From the IMG/VR virus record IMGVR_UViG_3300048091_000425: a DNA stretch of 64,000 nucleotides. One strand, given 5' to 3'. The stretch comes from a virus. The notes beneath the pieces are model-generated. The model was not told the DNA's origin. It saw nothing but the letters and a program-made list of their open reading frames with translations, and ran no database searches. Positions 31,101 through 42,157 of this stretch are shown here, piece after piece (position 1 is the stretch's first letter; each line of letters begins with the position of its first letter). The position numbers were made by a program, and so were the translations under genes.

Positions 31101-32550
31101 CGTTGTAGCTGTCTGGCGGATAGTGCTTCGAGCACTGAGCGCACTTTACACCGATGATCGATGCAACCGACGGTAAAGGGACTGCATGACAACCACCATG
31201 GGGAGCGCACATGCCAGGCGTTTGGCAACGCATCATCGACGTCCTGCAGATCAGATCAGTCATGTCTGCTCTCCTCCGTCACCCTTCGCCCTTTCAGCGA
31301 TATAAGCCTCGCACCTGGTCACTTCGGCCAGCGCCAGCTCGATACCTGCCTTGTAGGCGGCGCGGGCGAGCATCCACTTGTCCTCGACCAGCACTTGCTG
31401 CCGCCCTGGTTCCAGCTCCAGAAACCAATCGTTCACATCGCGTTTCAACAGCTGCTCTACTATGATTTTGCAGGCCGTAATTGCATCTTCGGCGTTCACT
31501 GGCTTGCTCATTGACCTTGCTCCTGCAGGTAAGCTTGGATGTCATTGACCAGCTTGCTCAGGTTGAAACCTTGATCAGTTCTGGCCGATTTGTCGAACTC
31601 CACTACTCGGGCCAGCAATTGGTTCGCCCTGTCCCCTTGTGGCACGCAACCGCAACGCGCTGGGTGCGCCTGAGGCTGGTCACAGGCCTTGCTCACCCCC
31701 TGCTCTGCTTTGTCAGCAACCGGCACTTCGCTGGAGGTCACCGAGGGCGAGGTACCGGACTGTGGCAGCCTGCCAACCTGAAACACATCCCAGTCATCAA
31801 ACTTGCTCAGCTCTTTGGCGATGGCTTCAGTGACGATGATCGGCTCGCCGCCACTCTTGGCGCAATGGGCAATCCAGCCCCAGGGCTCTTGAGCCGGCGC
31901 TGATTCCAGCAGCAATTTTTTGAGCTTAGAAACCACGGCAGCCTCAGTCATCTGACCAGTGGAGGCTCGGGTGATCAATTTCCAAAGTTCCGAGGTCGTT
32001 GATTCTGCGGTCTGGTTATTGCTCATGATTGTCACCCTGGTCGGCGCTCGGATTAAGGTAATCCGCAATTTCATCTTGCAGCTGCTCGAAGAGATTGCGA
32101 AAGCCACTGTCAGCATGAACCGCATCCAGAAGCCTTCTGGCATCCGTAAGCTGCGCTTGTAATGACGCCAAGACCGGATTTGAGGATGGGTCTGAAGCCC
32201 TCTCCCCCTTTCCGATTTCTGCCTCATGCTCATCGATGTAGAGACTGATGCCCTCTGGGCTCATTGTTCTGCTCCTTTTCCTTTCCTGGATTGCCGTTCC
32301 GTTATCTTGCACTCGGGGTCACAGCGACCTGGACATCGAGAACGTGCTTCAGCCTGTGTTCAAGCGCTTCGATGTCTTTGATTTTTCTGTTTCGATAGTC
32401 AATCTGAGGGCAGCCACGACGTGCAATCTCACCATCCTCATCGTCATCCTTGAATCGCTGGATGACCACCCGGTGGTAAAGCTTCGCCTCGACGAGTGAC
32501 TCCAGAATGAGCTTAATGTCCTGACAGGCAACCAAAAGCTTATCGCTCAA
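28115..32550 (-). other. Run of small phage-like hypothetical genes (28115-28390, 28387-28641, 28675-28989, 29044-29265, membrane 29313-29984, 29992-30255, Cys-rich 30382-31263, 31260-31511, 31508-32026, 32016-32312, 32302-32550)
   Basis: Overlapping start/stop coupling; promoter TTGACA-17-TAATGT at 30291-30319. Confidence 0.55.
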
Positions 32551-33328
32551 GGCCAGTCACCGAATCGTCTGGGTCAGTTGGTCGTGGGTTCAGGCCAGGC
32601 GGCTGCAGATTCCCCTGCCACACACCGTCCAGTCCAGCGTGTTCGGTTTCCTGAATCATCTTGAGATAGGCCTGGCGCTCCACTTCCTTTTGCTGTTTTG
32701 CCGCCCACAGCGTACTTGCCAGCGCCGGTACCGCTTCCTCCACGGTCTTGCTGTGGCCGGCCCAGGTGCAGGCGAGCATCAGGTTCATCGGCAGACCGAA
32801 GTCCTCGACCATGAAACCTTCGGCGTCATAGCCCCCGGCATCATGCGGCACCAGCTTCCTGAGCGTCTCAGGGCCGTCAAAATAGACCCACACCGGTTTA
32901 CCCAGGGCGATGGCCATGCCAACCTCGAAAACCGTCCCAGAATCAGGCTCAAGGCCTCGGAAGCAGTTCAGGTTGGCCAGGACGGCATCGGCCCGGCGAA
33001 TCATGTCCATGTTCATCTGACTGATCATGGCGGCCATCTGCGCCGGGGGCAGGCTCTGATCGACCTCATTGTCGAATGGATACAGGCCAACCATAGCCTT
33101 TTCGCTGCACAGGTCTTTCAGGTAGGCACCACGTTCCAGGCCATCCTGGCGAAACACATCAAAGCCAGCCAGGTAGACTTGTGGCCACCCGAACCCTTCG
33201 ATGAACTCTTCGATGGAAGGCCCTGCGCTGCCGCACTCATGCAACTGCTGGATAACTTCCTCTGGGGTCAGCTCACTGAGACGCTGCCTGATCGTTTCGA
33301 GCATTTGTTTGGTTTTTTCAGTAGCCAT
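32540..33328 (-). CDS. Nucleoside 2-deoxyribosyltransferase-family protein with N- and C-terminal extensions
   Basis: VYLAGFDVF, IRRADAVLANL..FRG.EPDSGTVFEVGMAIALGKPV. Confidence 0.85.
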   Translation of the reverse strand: MATEKTKQMLETIRQRLSELTPEEVIQQLHECGSAGPSIEEFIEGFGWPQVYLAGFDVFRQDGLERGAYLKDLCSEKAMVGLYPFDNEVDQSLPPAQMAAMISQMNMDMIRRADAVLANLNCFRGLEPDSGTVFEVGMAIALGKPVWVYFDGPETLRKLVPHDAGGYDAEGFMVEDFGLPMNLMLACTWAGHSKTVEEAVPALASTLWAAKQQKEVERQAYLKMIQETEHAGLDGVWQGNLQPPGLNPRPTDPDDSVTGLER

Positions 33329-33333
33329 TTCTT

Positions 33334-35154
33334 TCAGTCTGCCAGTGATTTTGTGATTTTGTGGTTCATGGTATTGAACAGAATCAGGGCGCTGAACATG
33401 ACGCTCGGCGATTTACCCTTTGTCCTGAATTCCCAGCGCTTGTTGATGTTGAACGGAGCGTCACCGTTGACTTCATGAGAGGTCATCCAGCCAAGATCCC
33501 GCTTCCAGAGCTTGAGGTAGTCAGGCAGATAGTTGACCGACTTCATCCCCAGGAGCTGGCTCAGCTCCTCAGCATTTCGAGGGGAAATCCTGGCCACGGC
33601 GTTGATTGGGCTTTTTCCATCAAACACGCACAGCGGGCTAAAACCTTGGCGCTTGGGGTTTTGGGCGTAGAGACTCTTAATGGCCTGGCCGGTTTGTGCC
33701 TTATCGTACGTTGAAAACACCTGGGTGGATTCATGGTCGATGGCCTTTTCCATGTTCTTCTGGATGCGCTTAAAGAACCAGTCTTTATCACGCGCCCACA
33801 GCAGCTCGAATTTCTCATTGCCCCACTTAAACAGGTATTCGGAAAGGTTGCGGGCGAAGATGGTCTTGATCGCGTCATCGATCTCTTCTTCGGTGCCGGC
33901 GATCCCCTGGGAAACAGCGATGAAGTAATAGCGTTCTTTCTTTATTTTTTGCTGCTGGTGGTAGTCGTATTCCTTGTCGTGCTGGTCGGGATAGCGAATG
34001 TAGGTGCGGGTTTGCGCACAAAAGCCGAGCTTGGTCTCCCCCATCGGCAGAAAGGTGTCCGCTGTCATCCCGACCAGCGCCTCAGCAAAGAAGCCAGCCA
34101 TCCACGGATCGTCGAAGCCCAGTAGCGCCAGCATCGAGGCCAGGCTTGGCTTATGCAGTGTCCAGTTCGGACGGAACAGCACCGGCAGTTTGGCAACCTG
34201 ATCAGAATCAGCCGTGGCCAGTTTCACTGTCTCGGAGAGGCGAATCAGGCCTGGCTCAACCTCAGCCATTTTCTGGCCAGCCAGCTCAATGACCATCGCC
34301 ACCCAGATGAGAACGTCGCGATCCAGGTCAGAGATCTCAACAACCCCTGTATCGCCAATGTCGATGTAACGATCTTCTTTGAAAGTCAGATTTCGCCATT
34401 GCGGGTAGCGTTCGTAGGGCGATTGCAGATCCAGCTTATCGCGCATATGGCGCTCGCTGTCGCCGTTTTGCTGCATTTTGCCACTGTAACTGTCGATGGA
34501 GATCGCAGACAGATAGGCGATACGACCAGGCTTCTTGATCCCGATGGCAGTCTTGCTCTTACCTATTTTCGCCAGATAGGCGCCGAACGGCAGGCTGGTC
34601 TTGAGCGCATCAACGAAATCAGCCACCGTCGCGCATTCCACGATCTTGTCGTGCAGGCCAACCGGCTCGTTACTGCCGACCTCATCAAAGCGCACCCAGC
34701 GAATGGTCAGGCCCCGATCCATGCTGTAAATGGCGTCGCGCAGGCAGCAGGCGATCTCACGGGTGGTCGGGCGTCCAAAGTCAGCCGATACCCTGCCGAT
34801 CAAACGCTCGATCCGATCCTGGAACTGTACGGTCGGCGCCAGCACCATGTCATTCAGATCAGCCTTGATCCGCAGAATTTCCCAAAGCTCGTCGAGAAAA
34901 CCCTCTTTACGCAGGACATTGCTCAGTTTGACCTGTGCGCCGTCGATGGTGGCTTCCAACATCTCTTTCAGCAGCATGCCCATGGCCAGGCCGGTTGGAT
35001 CAGCACGTTTAAGCATCGGGAAGGTGTTTCGAACCACATCACGGGTGCTGTAGTTGAAGTGGTCGCGGTCATCGAACAGCACGAGGCTCTTACCATCGCC
35101 ACGATAGGCATCAAGTCGTTCGGAAATGCTGTCCAGCCTGGCGTAGTCAATCAT
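33334..35154 (-). CDS. Large hypothetical protein (606 aa)
   Basis: Long ORF coupled to the NDT gene; no recognisable motif. Confidence 0.75.
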   Translation of the reverse strand: MIDYARLDSISERLDAYRGDGKSLVLFDDRDHFNYSTRDVVRNTFPMLKRADPTGLAMGMLLKEMLEATIDGAQVKLSNVLRKEGFLDELWEILRIKADLNDMVLAPTVQFQDRIERLIGRVSADFGRPTTREIACCLRDAIYSMDRGLTIRWVRFDEVGSNEPVGLHDKIVECATVADFVDALKTSLPFGAYLAKIGKSKTAIGIKKPGRIAYLSAISIDSYSGKMQQNGDSERHMRDKLDLQSPYERYPQWRNLTFKEDRYIDIGDTGVVEISDLDRDVLIWVAMVIELAGQKMAEVEPGLIRLSETVKLATADSDQVAKLPVLFRPNWTLHKPSLASMLALLGFDDPWMAGFFAEALVGMTADTFLPMGETKLGFCAQTRTYIRYPDQHDKEYDYHQQQKIKKERYYFIAVSQGIAGTEEEIDDAIKTIFARNLSEYLFKWGNEKFELLWARDKDWFFKRIQKNMEKAIDHESTQVFSTYDKAQTGQAIKSLYAQNPKRQGFSPLCVFDGKSPINAVARISPRNAEELSQLLGMKSVNYLPDYLKLWKRDLGWMTSHEVNGDAPFNINKRWEFRTKGKSPSVMFSALILFNTMNHKITKSLAD

Positions 35155-35182
35155 GGTTCGAATCCTTCGTTTTCCGTGATGT

Positions 35183-36235
35183 TTAAAGCGACGGGGTGGC
35201 CGGCGCAGATTCTGGCACAGTCTGGATCAGGGACAACATATCGTTCAGCACAGAGTTGGCGAATTCAGGGCCGGCAGCCTTGGCATCAGCCATGGTCTTT
35301 AACTGATCGCTTTCGTAATTCAGGTAGTTCAGCTTGTAACCACCCTTGTCGTCGGTGATCGCCATCATCCTGTGGCCGGCGAACAGTGCCGTTTGCAGAA
35401 GGTTGTCGCCATTCCACTTTTGCTTGGGGGCGTCTTTAAATAATTTGCCGCCACCGTCTAATTGGATTTTCATGCTTTTCGTTCTCTGAAATTTAGTTGT
35501 GTCGCAATTTGTGGGGAGTGAGCTCGACATCCACCGGTCGTTTGGTGGTCAGCCCAGCCTTTTTCATTTCGTACTGAATCGTCCGGCGCTGGTTGCGCAG
35601 GTGATGCAATTTCTTTTCCAGAGCCACCTGTTCCAGGAACAGGTCATCGTCGGATTCGCGCAAGGCCATCTGCGCTTCAGTCATGACGGGCGCTTTGGCA
35701 TTCTTGCGGTTGATCTTGCTGCACAGGGGTTCACGCAACTCGGATTCCTTGTGCGTCTTGGCGCAGGCCGGGCAGATGTACGTGACGCTCGGCTCGTGAC
35801 GAAACCTGGTTGGCTTTTCGCAGAACTCGCAACGCTCCGACATCTTGTCGACGCCAAAGGCCTCGGCCAGCTCCATGTCCAAGTCGTCATCGTGCTTGAG
35901 CGGGATCACTCTTCACCTTCCTTTAGCTTTTTGGCCCGAACAAACGTCCAGCCTGGATTGCTCTCTACAGCGTGTTCAATCCCTTCCTGGCGATTGCGGC
36001 AGGTGACCGTCACCGCGAGGTTGTGGATGTTCCACTGATTGGTCAAGGTAATCCGGTAGCGCAGCATCGCCACTGGCCCAATGGCAGCCGCTGGGCAGTC
36101 AAAGGTGTCAGCGCCTTGCTCATGCTTGATGCGCCCGCTGCCATCGCGCTTGAGTTGCACGGTGAAATTGTCACCGTACTCAGCCGCGAGTGTGTCGAGC
36201 CATTGCGTTACCGCCTGGGGTATATCAGAAGTCAT
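35183..36235 (-). other. Three hypothetical genes (35183-35473, Zn-finger 35493-35909, 35906-36235)
   Basis: CEFC/CPAC motif in the middle ORF; coupled. Confidence 0.55.
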
Positions 36236-36551
36236 TGCTCACCTTCTTGTCTGAGGTGCGGACGATTTTAGGGAGAACGGCGATCCGGGCTTCCAGGTGA
36301 TCCGCAAGAAACGGCAGGGGCATTTCCTCACTGAACAGGCGAATCCTGAGCAGAGTGGCCAGTTCGAAGGCGACCCCAATTTCACACTTTGGGTCACCCT
36401 TCTCGATCCGGTGCAGCAGGCTGCGGGAAATCCCGGCGCGTTCGGCCAGTGCCTGGGCAGTCATCTGGGCTTCTTTTCGGGCCAGGGCAATCAATTGCCC
36501 CATGACCTTAAGAGCGTCCTGCGTCTGCGGTGAGTAGGTGCGAGTAGCCAT
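36225..36551 (-). CDS. XRE/HipB-like HTH regulator with no adjacent HipA
   Basis: IALARKEAQMTAQALAERAGISRSLLHRIEKGDP...IGVAFELA; promoter TTGCCG-17-TATATT at 36584-36612. Confidence 0.8.
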   Translation of the reverse strand: MATRTYSPQTQDALKVMGQLIALARKEAQMTAQALAERAGISRSLLHRIEKGDPKCEIGVAFELATLLRIRLFSEEMPLPFLADHLEARIAVLPKIVRTSDKKVSNDF

Positions 36552-36684
36552 GGGTTGACGCCATCGTTTGATTCAATGATGTCAATATACGCTATTAATT
36601 TGATAACGGCAAGTTCAATGTGTCATATACGCTACCAGTTGATATAACCGGTAGCGCACATGGAGCATATTGGTTGAATGACAG

Positions 36685-37098
36685 TTACAGTTCGGGAGTA
36701 TCGCTGGCGTTGGTCATTCGACGAGGTACGAGCGGTGCTGGATTAGCAGCCAATTGGAACTCTTGCACCGGCATCAGGTATTCATCAAGCACTCTGACGA
36801 TCTGGGTGGCCGGCACCGGCTCCAGGATCGCGATTTCATACGCATATCCGAGGTCACGCCGGAAGCGCGAACCGGTGTAGGCGAATTCGAGAATGAATAG
36901 CTCACCATTATAGTCTTCGAAGGCTTCACCCAGCCAATTGCTCAACCCGTCTTCCAACGACTCCCGGTCGACAAAGGCAAACACCGCAGGTGTAGGCTCA
37001 TTGGCCTCGGCACTGCGCACGCCGATACGGGGTTCCAGGCCATTGGCAAGGATTGCCTCCATTCCTGGTTTGGTTGTTACATGAAAAAACGTGCTCAT
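36685..37098 (-). CDS. Putative ADP-ribosyltransferase-fold protein (DarT/Tpt1-like motifs)
   Basis: FFHVT....EAILANGLEP, VFAF, YE.AILEPVP..QI; ATGA-coupled to 37095-37352. Confidence 0.5.
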   Translation of the reverse strand: MSTFFHVTTKPGMEAILANGLEPRIGVRSAEANEPTPAVFAFVDRESLEDGLSNWLGEAFEDYNGELFILEFAYTGSRFRRDLGYAYEIAILEPVPATQIVRVLDEYLMPVQEFQLAANPAPLVPRRMTNASDTPEL

Positions 37099-37737
37099 TT
37101 TAGGGTCTCTGTGGTGAGGGCTGGCTGGCAATATTCTCGCTCCCAGCGCCCGAAGTCGGTGATGTAACCATCGTAGGGCCGGCCAATGGCCCGTTTGACC
37201 AGCTCTTCGTACCGGGCTTTGCCGCCGCTTTTCAACCATGCCTCCATACCCATTACGCCGAGTTCTCTCAGGAGGCGGGTGCGCTCGAACCGATTGCGGA
37301 GTATCTCGGGAATGCGAGGTGTGTCATCTCCCCGTCGAGTTTCGATAGCCATGCCTGATCCCCCTGGTGAAAGCCTGATAGCAGACTTTCAGTATGCCTG
37401 GGGAGACAATTTATGAGCTATCTGCGCACCACCATGGGTCTCAGTGGGTGACTTGCTTGCGAAACCAGATGTTCACGTTGCTGCAGTAGGTGTCGATCAG
37501 CAGTCCATTGATGTACTCAGAATAATACTCAGGATGAATACGGATCACGTCGCCGACCTGGATACGATCACCGTCCTGAAGATTCACGTAGCCTTCAGGC
37601 AGCTTATTCCACTGGTGGCATCCGTTCTTTACCCTGTGTGCTTCCCGCATAATCCGCTTCCGTCTTGTTATTAAAGGGCTTGCCAAGCATAGCTGCACAA
37701 AAACAATTTGCGCAACTGAGGCCTGCTGCCTGGGCAA
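37095..37737 (-). other. Two small hypothetical genes (37095-37352, 37441-37737)
   Basis: Short co-oriented ORFs. Confidence 0.5.
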
Positions 37738-37814
37738 TAATTTTATGTGTTACGCAAAATGCTGTACTCCTAGCGTAAATCAGCATAGGCTGTGCATTGA
37801 TACCAAAACCCTAA

Positions 37815-38255
37815 ATGGATTTCTGGATGGACGACAGCGACGCCAGTGTCACAGAAAGGCCCGCATCGAATTCGCTTCGAGGGATTCCTCCGGACGCAAA
37901 GTGCGTACTCAGAGGCAAATCTGGGTCTAAATCCCATGTCGTCACTCTGGCCAGTGGCAAAGTGATCGGCGTCGGGGCTAACCCTGACGAAGCTTGGGCT
38001 CGTGCTGCTCGCTGGGCTGAAGAGCAGCGTACTGCTTCTGGTACCATGCCGACTTCACGCACACCCGGTCGACCACCTGGCACCAAGGTTAAGGATGAAG
38101 ACCAGCGAAAAACACGCTCCGTAAGGCTGGATGAGTCGCGCTGGCGAAAGCTGCAGCGCCTTGGATCTGGCTGGCTGGAGCACGCCATTGATATGGCAAC
38201 CGATCCAAAACCCGAAACAACCCCAGATTCGCAATTCAAGAAGGCTGAACTATGA
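37815..38255 (+). CDS. Protein with AT-hook-like GRPP and ribbon-helix-helix C-terminus
   Basis: PGRPPG...RKTRSVRLDESRWRKLQRLG..WLEHAI. Confidence 0.6.
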   Translation: MDFWMDDSDASVTERPASNSLRGIPPDAKCVLRGKSGSKSHVVTLASGKVIGVGANPDEAWARAARWAEEQRTASGTMPTSRTPGRPPGTKVKDEDQRKTRSVRLDESRWRKLQRLGSGWLEHAIDMATDPKPETTPDSQFKKAEL

Positions 38256-38719
38256 GGCTTGAACAATTTCACACGCTGGTGAAACTGATGCGAGGCAATC
38301 TCGAAACGCCCTCGAACATCGCCGCCAGCCGTGTCCTGTGCGATAACGTGCCGATCCCGCAGGCGACCCGCGAAAGCGGCAAGAAGCGGGCGTCGATTCA
38401 CATCACCGTCAACCGCTACAAGAAAAACTATGACCTGGTGGTGAACGAGTTCAGCGACGCGAACAACCTCGCCGGCCAGTTCGACCTGATCGTGAAGTTG
38501 CACCGTGGCAGTCCGGAAGCGCCGACCACCCTCGCCGCTCGCGCCGTGTTGGTTGATGGCGTGCCTCAGAACGAAATCCCGTTTGAAGGGTTCAGTCCGT
38601 CGGCGTTGAGTCAGGCCGTCAAGCGCTACCGCGATGCCCTGCAAATGGTGTCTGAGGCTTTTCCGCCTGTTGAGGGATTCGTGAGAGAAACCCCGGCGTC
38701 CGAAACCGTAGACGTTTAG
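38252..38719 (+). CDS. Tandem TrfB/KorA-like HTH repressor (two internal repeats)
   Basis: QF..LVKL.RG....P...AA..VL.D.VP twice, each ending V.RY. Confidence 0.65.
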   Translation: MRLEQFHTLVKLMRGNLETPSNIAASRVLCDNVPIPQATRESGKKRASIHITVNRYKKNYDLVVNEFSDANNLAGQFDLIVKLHRGSPEAPTTLAARAVLVDGVPQNEIPFEGFSPSALSQAVKRYRDALQMVSEAFPPVEGFVRETPASETVDV

Positions 38720-38775
38720 TTGCCAGGTGGCGCCGGAGCAATCCGGCGTCTCCCTTCTGCCCCAGAGTTATTGCC

Positions 38776-39394
38776 ATGTCCTACACGCTGACGCCGGAAC
38801 AAGCCGCTGCCACGACCGATCTGGAATTGGCCTATGGCACCACCCGCCTTCTGCCCGCCTGGGTCGACATTCCGGAAGAATTTAAGGTCGGACGCAATGT
38901 GTACTGCAAGCTTGCATCTTGCCTGTTCTACGGAACCGAGTTACCTGAGCTTGAAGTGACCATGTTCGATGGTTTTACCCCGCAAATCCTGCAGAAATGC
39001 GTCCGGGCACATTTAGGATCCTTCGAGCCTAAGCATGAACTCAAGATGGCCGGCGTCGGTTACATGATCTCGAAGATGGCGACCCTGACCCCGGTAGATG
39101 CACCCAAAGCCACCGAGAAAAGTGCCTGATCAACTATTCGCTACTGACCACGGAGGCCTAATGGCCGGCTTTTCGTTTTCCCAGGTTCCCTCGCAGAACA
39201 AGTGCCGGTGGTTTATTAAGCACGGTGCAACCACTCGCTATGATCGCGGTTTTCGTTCCAAAGCTCAGGCGGACGCTTGGATCAGCGCGTTCGGGAAAGA
39301 CATTGACTGGCGAGCTGGGTTTGTTTTTCGCCTGAAAGGCCTAAACGCCGACATCTCTGTTGTCGACCGCAAAGGTCAATTGGCGAAGCCGTAA
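38776..39394 (+). other. Two small hypothetical genes (38776-39129, ~39160-39394)
   Basis: Co-oriented ORFs. Confidence 0.5.
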
Positions 39395-39395
39395 T

Positions 39396-39517
39396 TGCCG
39401 AATGGCAGTTTCCAAAGTGCCAAATGGCAGAAGCTGAACTGCCAAATGGCAAAAGCTGAACTGCCAAATAGCAAAAGCTGAACTGCCAAATAGCAAAAGC
39501 CAAGCCGCCAAATGGCG
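39396..39517. repeat. Six tandem 22-bp units, each with a YGCC-N4-(G/A)GCR palindrome
   Basis: Units at 39396, 39418, 39440, 39462, 39484, 39506; consensus TGCCAAATGGCAAAAGCTGAAC. Confidence 0.9.
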
Positions 39518-39555
39518 GAGGGGCGACTTCTCTCTCCACCCCTGGGACGACGCGC

Positions 39556-40206
39556 ATGAACACTCTGATTGAATTCCTGGAAGCCGACGACCAGATGGTT
39601 GCACGGCAACTGATCACCGCCATTGGCCGTGACACCGGTCTTGGCCATGCCGATTACGATCATCCCGTGGGGCCTGACACCCTGCTGATCATGTCACCCC
39701 TGGACGCCGACTTTTTTGCCGATGGCTACATGGATGCCTTCCCTGATTGGCCTGGCCGTCAGGCGGTACTGTGGTTCAACTCCTACGACCTGCCCAACGG
39801 CGGCGAGAACATCGCCATCCTGATGCACCAGTTCCAATCGTCACAGGCCCCGGTGAAGCACGCGGTGATCATCGCCAGCCTGGCTCAGTCAGCCGGCGAA
39901 ATCCGCGCCATGATCCTATGGGCAGTGGAGCAAGGGATTTCGTTGGAGGAAATCCGCGTTGAAAGCCCGTGGATGACCGACAGTGTGCACCAGCAGCTGA
40001 CCAAAGACTTCGGCGATGATTTTGTTCGCAAAGCACTGGCCTCGGTGGGCGCCGTGCCGGATTCGCTGGGCAAAGGTGTCAACCTCGCTCGCCGCCTGAA
40101 CCTGCCAGATAAGGGCCTGACGTACTTGCCGTCCTTTGTCGTGGAGCGCATCAACAGTGAGCCTAGTGCCAGCGAAAAGAACAAAGTATTTGCCGTGGCA
40201 CCTTGA
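39556..40206 (+). CDS. Hypothetical protein, possible PRTase-like fold
   Basis: LIMSPLDADFFA.G; alternating beta-alpha pattern. Confidence 0.45.
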   Translation: MNTLIEFLEADDQMVARQLITAIGRDTGLGHADYDHPVGPDTLLIMSPLDADFFADGYMDAFPDWPGRQAVLWFNSYDLPNGGENIAILMHQFQSSQAPVKHAVIIASLAQSAGEIRAMILWAVEQGISLEEIRVESPWMTDSVHQQLTKDFGDDFVRKALASVGAVPDSLGKGVNLARRLNLPDKGLTYLPSFVVERINSEPSASEKNKVFAVAP

Positions 40207-40214
40207 TAATTGAC

Positions 40215-40228
40215 CTCTAGCGTCATAC
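40215..40228 (-). promoter_or_regulatory. Operator copy overlapping a TTGACC -35
   Basis: CTCTAGCGTCATAC = reverse complement of GTATGACGCTAGAG. Confidence 0.6.
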
Positions 40229-40243
40229 AATAATGTCTAACAA

Positions 40244-41292
40244 ATGCCACGGCAGTATCTAGACATGGATCACCTCATTAAACGCAACGGTCACCACAGC
40301 AGCGAGGCTGTTCCTTTTGCGATGGCGGCTGGAAATCCAGTCTATCCGTGGTGGGTTCAACATATGCGTGTCGCAGGTGATCGGGACGCTGGCCTCGTAC
40401 AAGACATGTGCAACAGCCACAAAAAGTGCACCGTGTTACTCATACTGGATGCGAGTACCCCTGAGCACCGCGAGGCGCACCTGGACATTGCTCGCACGGC
40501 GCTTGTTGATCGAGTGATTGCGGGCGTGCCTTTGGCCGAGCACATCACGGTGCTGGTGTTCGCCGAAGAGTCGGACTATCCCGAGCTTTTCTCTGATCCT
40601 GCTATCGCTGCCGTCGCTCCTACTTTGGAACGAAACGTCAAAGACTTGAACCGCCAGTTGGATGACTCGGTGACGTATGTGCTGAGTGTTAATCACGCCG
40701 ACGTCGCTTTACGTAAGGATCTGGCCGACGCCAGCGCTATGGCGTTGGAGTTGAGCGGGATCATCCGTGAGTACCAGGCGGCGCCCTCTGCTGGCACGCA
40801 AGGCCGACTAGCTCAGGCCGTTGCGCAGCGGCGACCTCTCTACCTTGAGCTTCAAGGTACGCATGCCAATATGGTCGGCGACGATATCGATGCCTACAGT
40901 GATCTGCAAAAGCACCTATCAAAGACTCGCCATCTCGCGCTGGAGCTCAATGCTGTGATTCGCGAGTTCCTCGGTATGCCCTGCAGCTCCCTTGAAAAAG
41001 ACATGTATCGGCTGTTGGATCGCTATAGCAGCCTCCTGAAGGTGCTTGAGCAGGAACAAGCCGACGACTCAGACAAGGTTTCGACGCTATGAGAACCACA
41101 GTTGACGTCCGTACCGTTGGGTGGCGAACCGACTGTGAGTACGAGGTAAAGGTCGACGATAGCTACCAGGACGACTCCGGGCAGACGATCTACGACTACA
41201 AGTGGGAAAGCCGATTGCGGTGCGAGGTCGAGAACGTCAACGCTAAGACCGACTACTGCAAGACCTGCGGCAAGCACCTGCTCTACCCCTAG
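40244..41292 (+). other. Hypothetical genes 40244-41092 and Zn-ribbon-like 41089-41292
   Basis: Coupled ORFs. Confidence 0.55.
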
Positions 41293-41332
41293 AATTTTCA
41301 AAGTAGCCAAATCTCAACACCAGGATGCAAAA

Positions 41333-41656
41333 ATGTTCCGCACCATCGTTGTTACCGTCACCAGCTCTAAACCTGACAATTTGTGCGGTTTGTATCAGAT
41401 CGACGGTATCGATCCTGAGTTGTCCGTTGGCCAAGTGGTAGACATCGCGCTTGAGTCCCTGATCGATTTCATTGGCTTGAACATTATGTTCGCCAACTAT
41501 GCGCTGAACGTGTTCGACCCTCAGGCCAAAGCCGAATTGACTGAACGCGTAGCCATCAAGTCCACCACCAGCCGCCCTTGCACCAAAGTCGCAGACGAAG
41601 TGCCCGAGTGGATCGCGAATATTCTCCAAGCCAAAGCGGCAGCTGCCCAAGCTTAA
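41333..41656 (+). CDS. Hypothetical protein, single-domain relative of 47371-48114
   Basis: GLYQI...IALES...VFDP resembles GVYEL...SALESF...VVDP. Confidence 0.45.
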   Translation: MFRTIVVTVTSSKPDNLCGLYQIDGIDPELSVGQVVDIALESLIDFIGLNIMFANYALNVFDPQAKAELTERVAIKSTTSRPCTKVADEVPEWIANILQAKAAAAQA

Positions 41657-41680
41657 TCACCCAATACATCAGGAGGTTGT

Positions 41681-42157
41681 ATGAGCACTATCCGTGGCAT
41701 CGAACAGGCCTACATCAAGACCAACAAGCGCGGCTGGCCGAATGTGTACTGGGCACTGGATCTGCACGATACCTGCTTGCACGCGACGTACGCGGCGAAC
41801 GAACCTGCCTCGTATGAGTGGATCAACCCCTACGTCAAAGAAGCCCTGCAGCGCCTGGCCGCACACCCGGAAACCCACATCATCCTGTGGAGTTCGGTGC
41901 ACGACGCCGAGAAGGCCCATTACCTGAAGTTCTTCGAAGATGCGGGTATCCGCGTAGCCGGCTTCAACCACAACCCCTACGAAACAGGCAGCGATTCCTG
42001 CGGAGTAGCCGAGAAGTTCTATTTCTCGATCCTGGTCGACGACAAGGCCGGCTTCCACCATAGCGAATGGCTGCACATCCCGGACTTCGTTGATCAGATC
42101 CGTGCGAAGTATCCGCCGAAGCTTGCCGTTGAAACCGAAGTGGCAGATTTGGCCTAA
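41681..42157 (+). CDS. HAD-superfamily hydrolase (phage type)
   Basis: LDLHDT (DxxxT), LWSS, N.NP, KFYFSILVDDKAGF. Confidence 0.75.
   Translation: MSTIRGIEQAYIKTNKRGWPNVYWALDLHDTCLHATYAANEPASYEWINPYVKEALQRLAAHPETHIILWSSVHDAEKAHYLKFFEDAGIRVAGFNHNPYETGSDSCGVAEKFYFSILVDDKAGFHHSEWLHIPDFVDQIRAKYPPKLAVETEVADLA

Noticed and set aside
39396-39517. 22-bp repeats as a second CRISPR array
   Set aside because: Units are contiguous with near-identical linkers; there are no unique spacers
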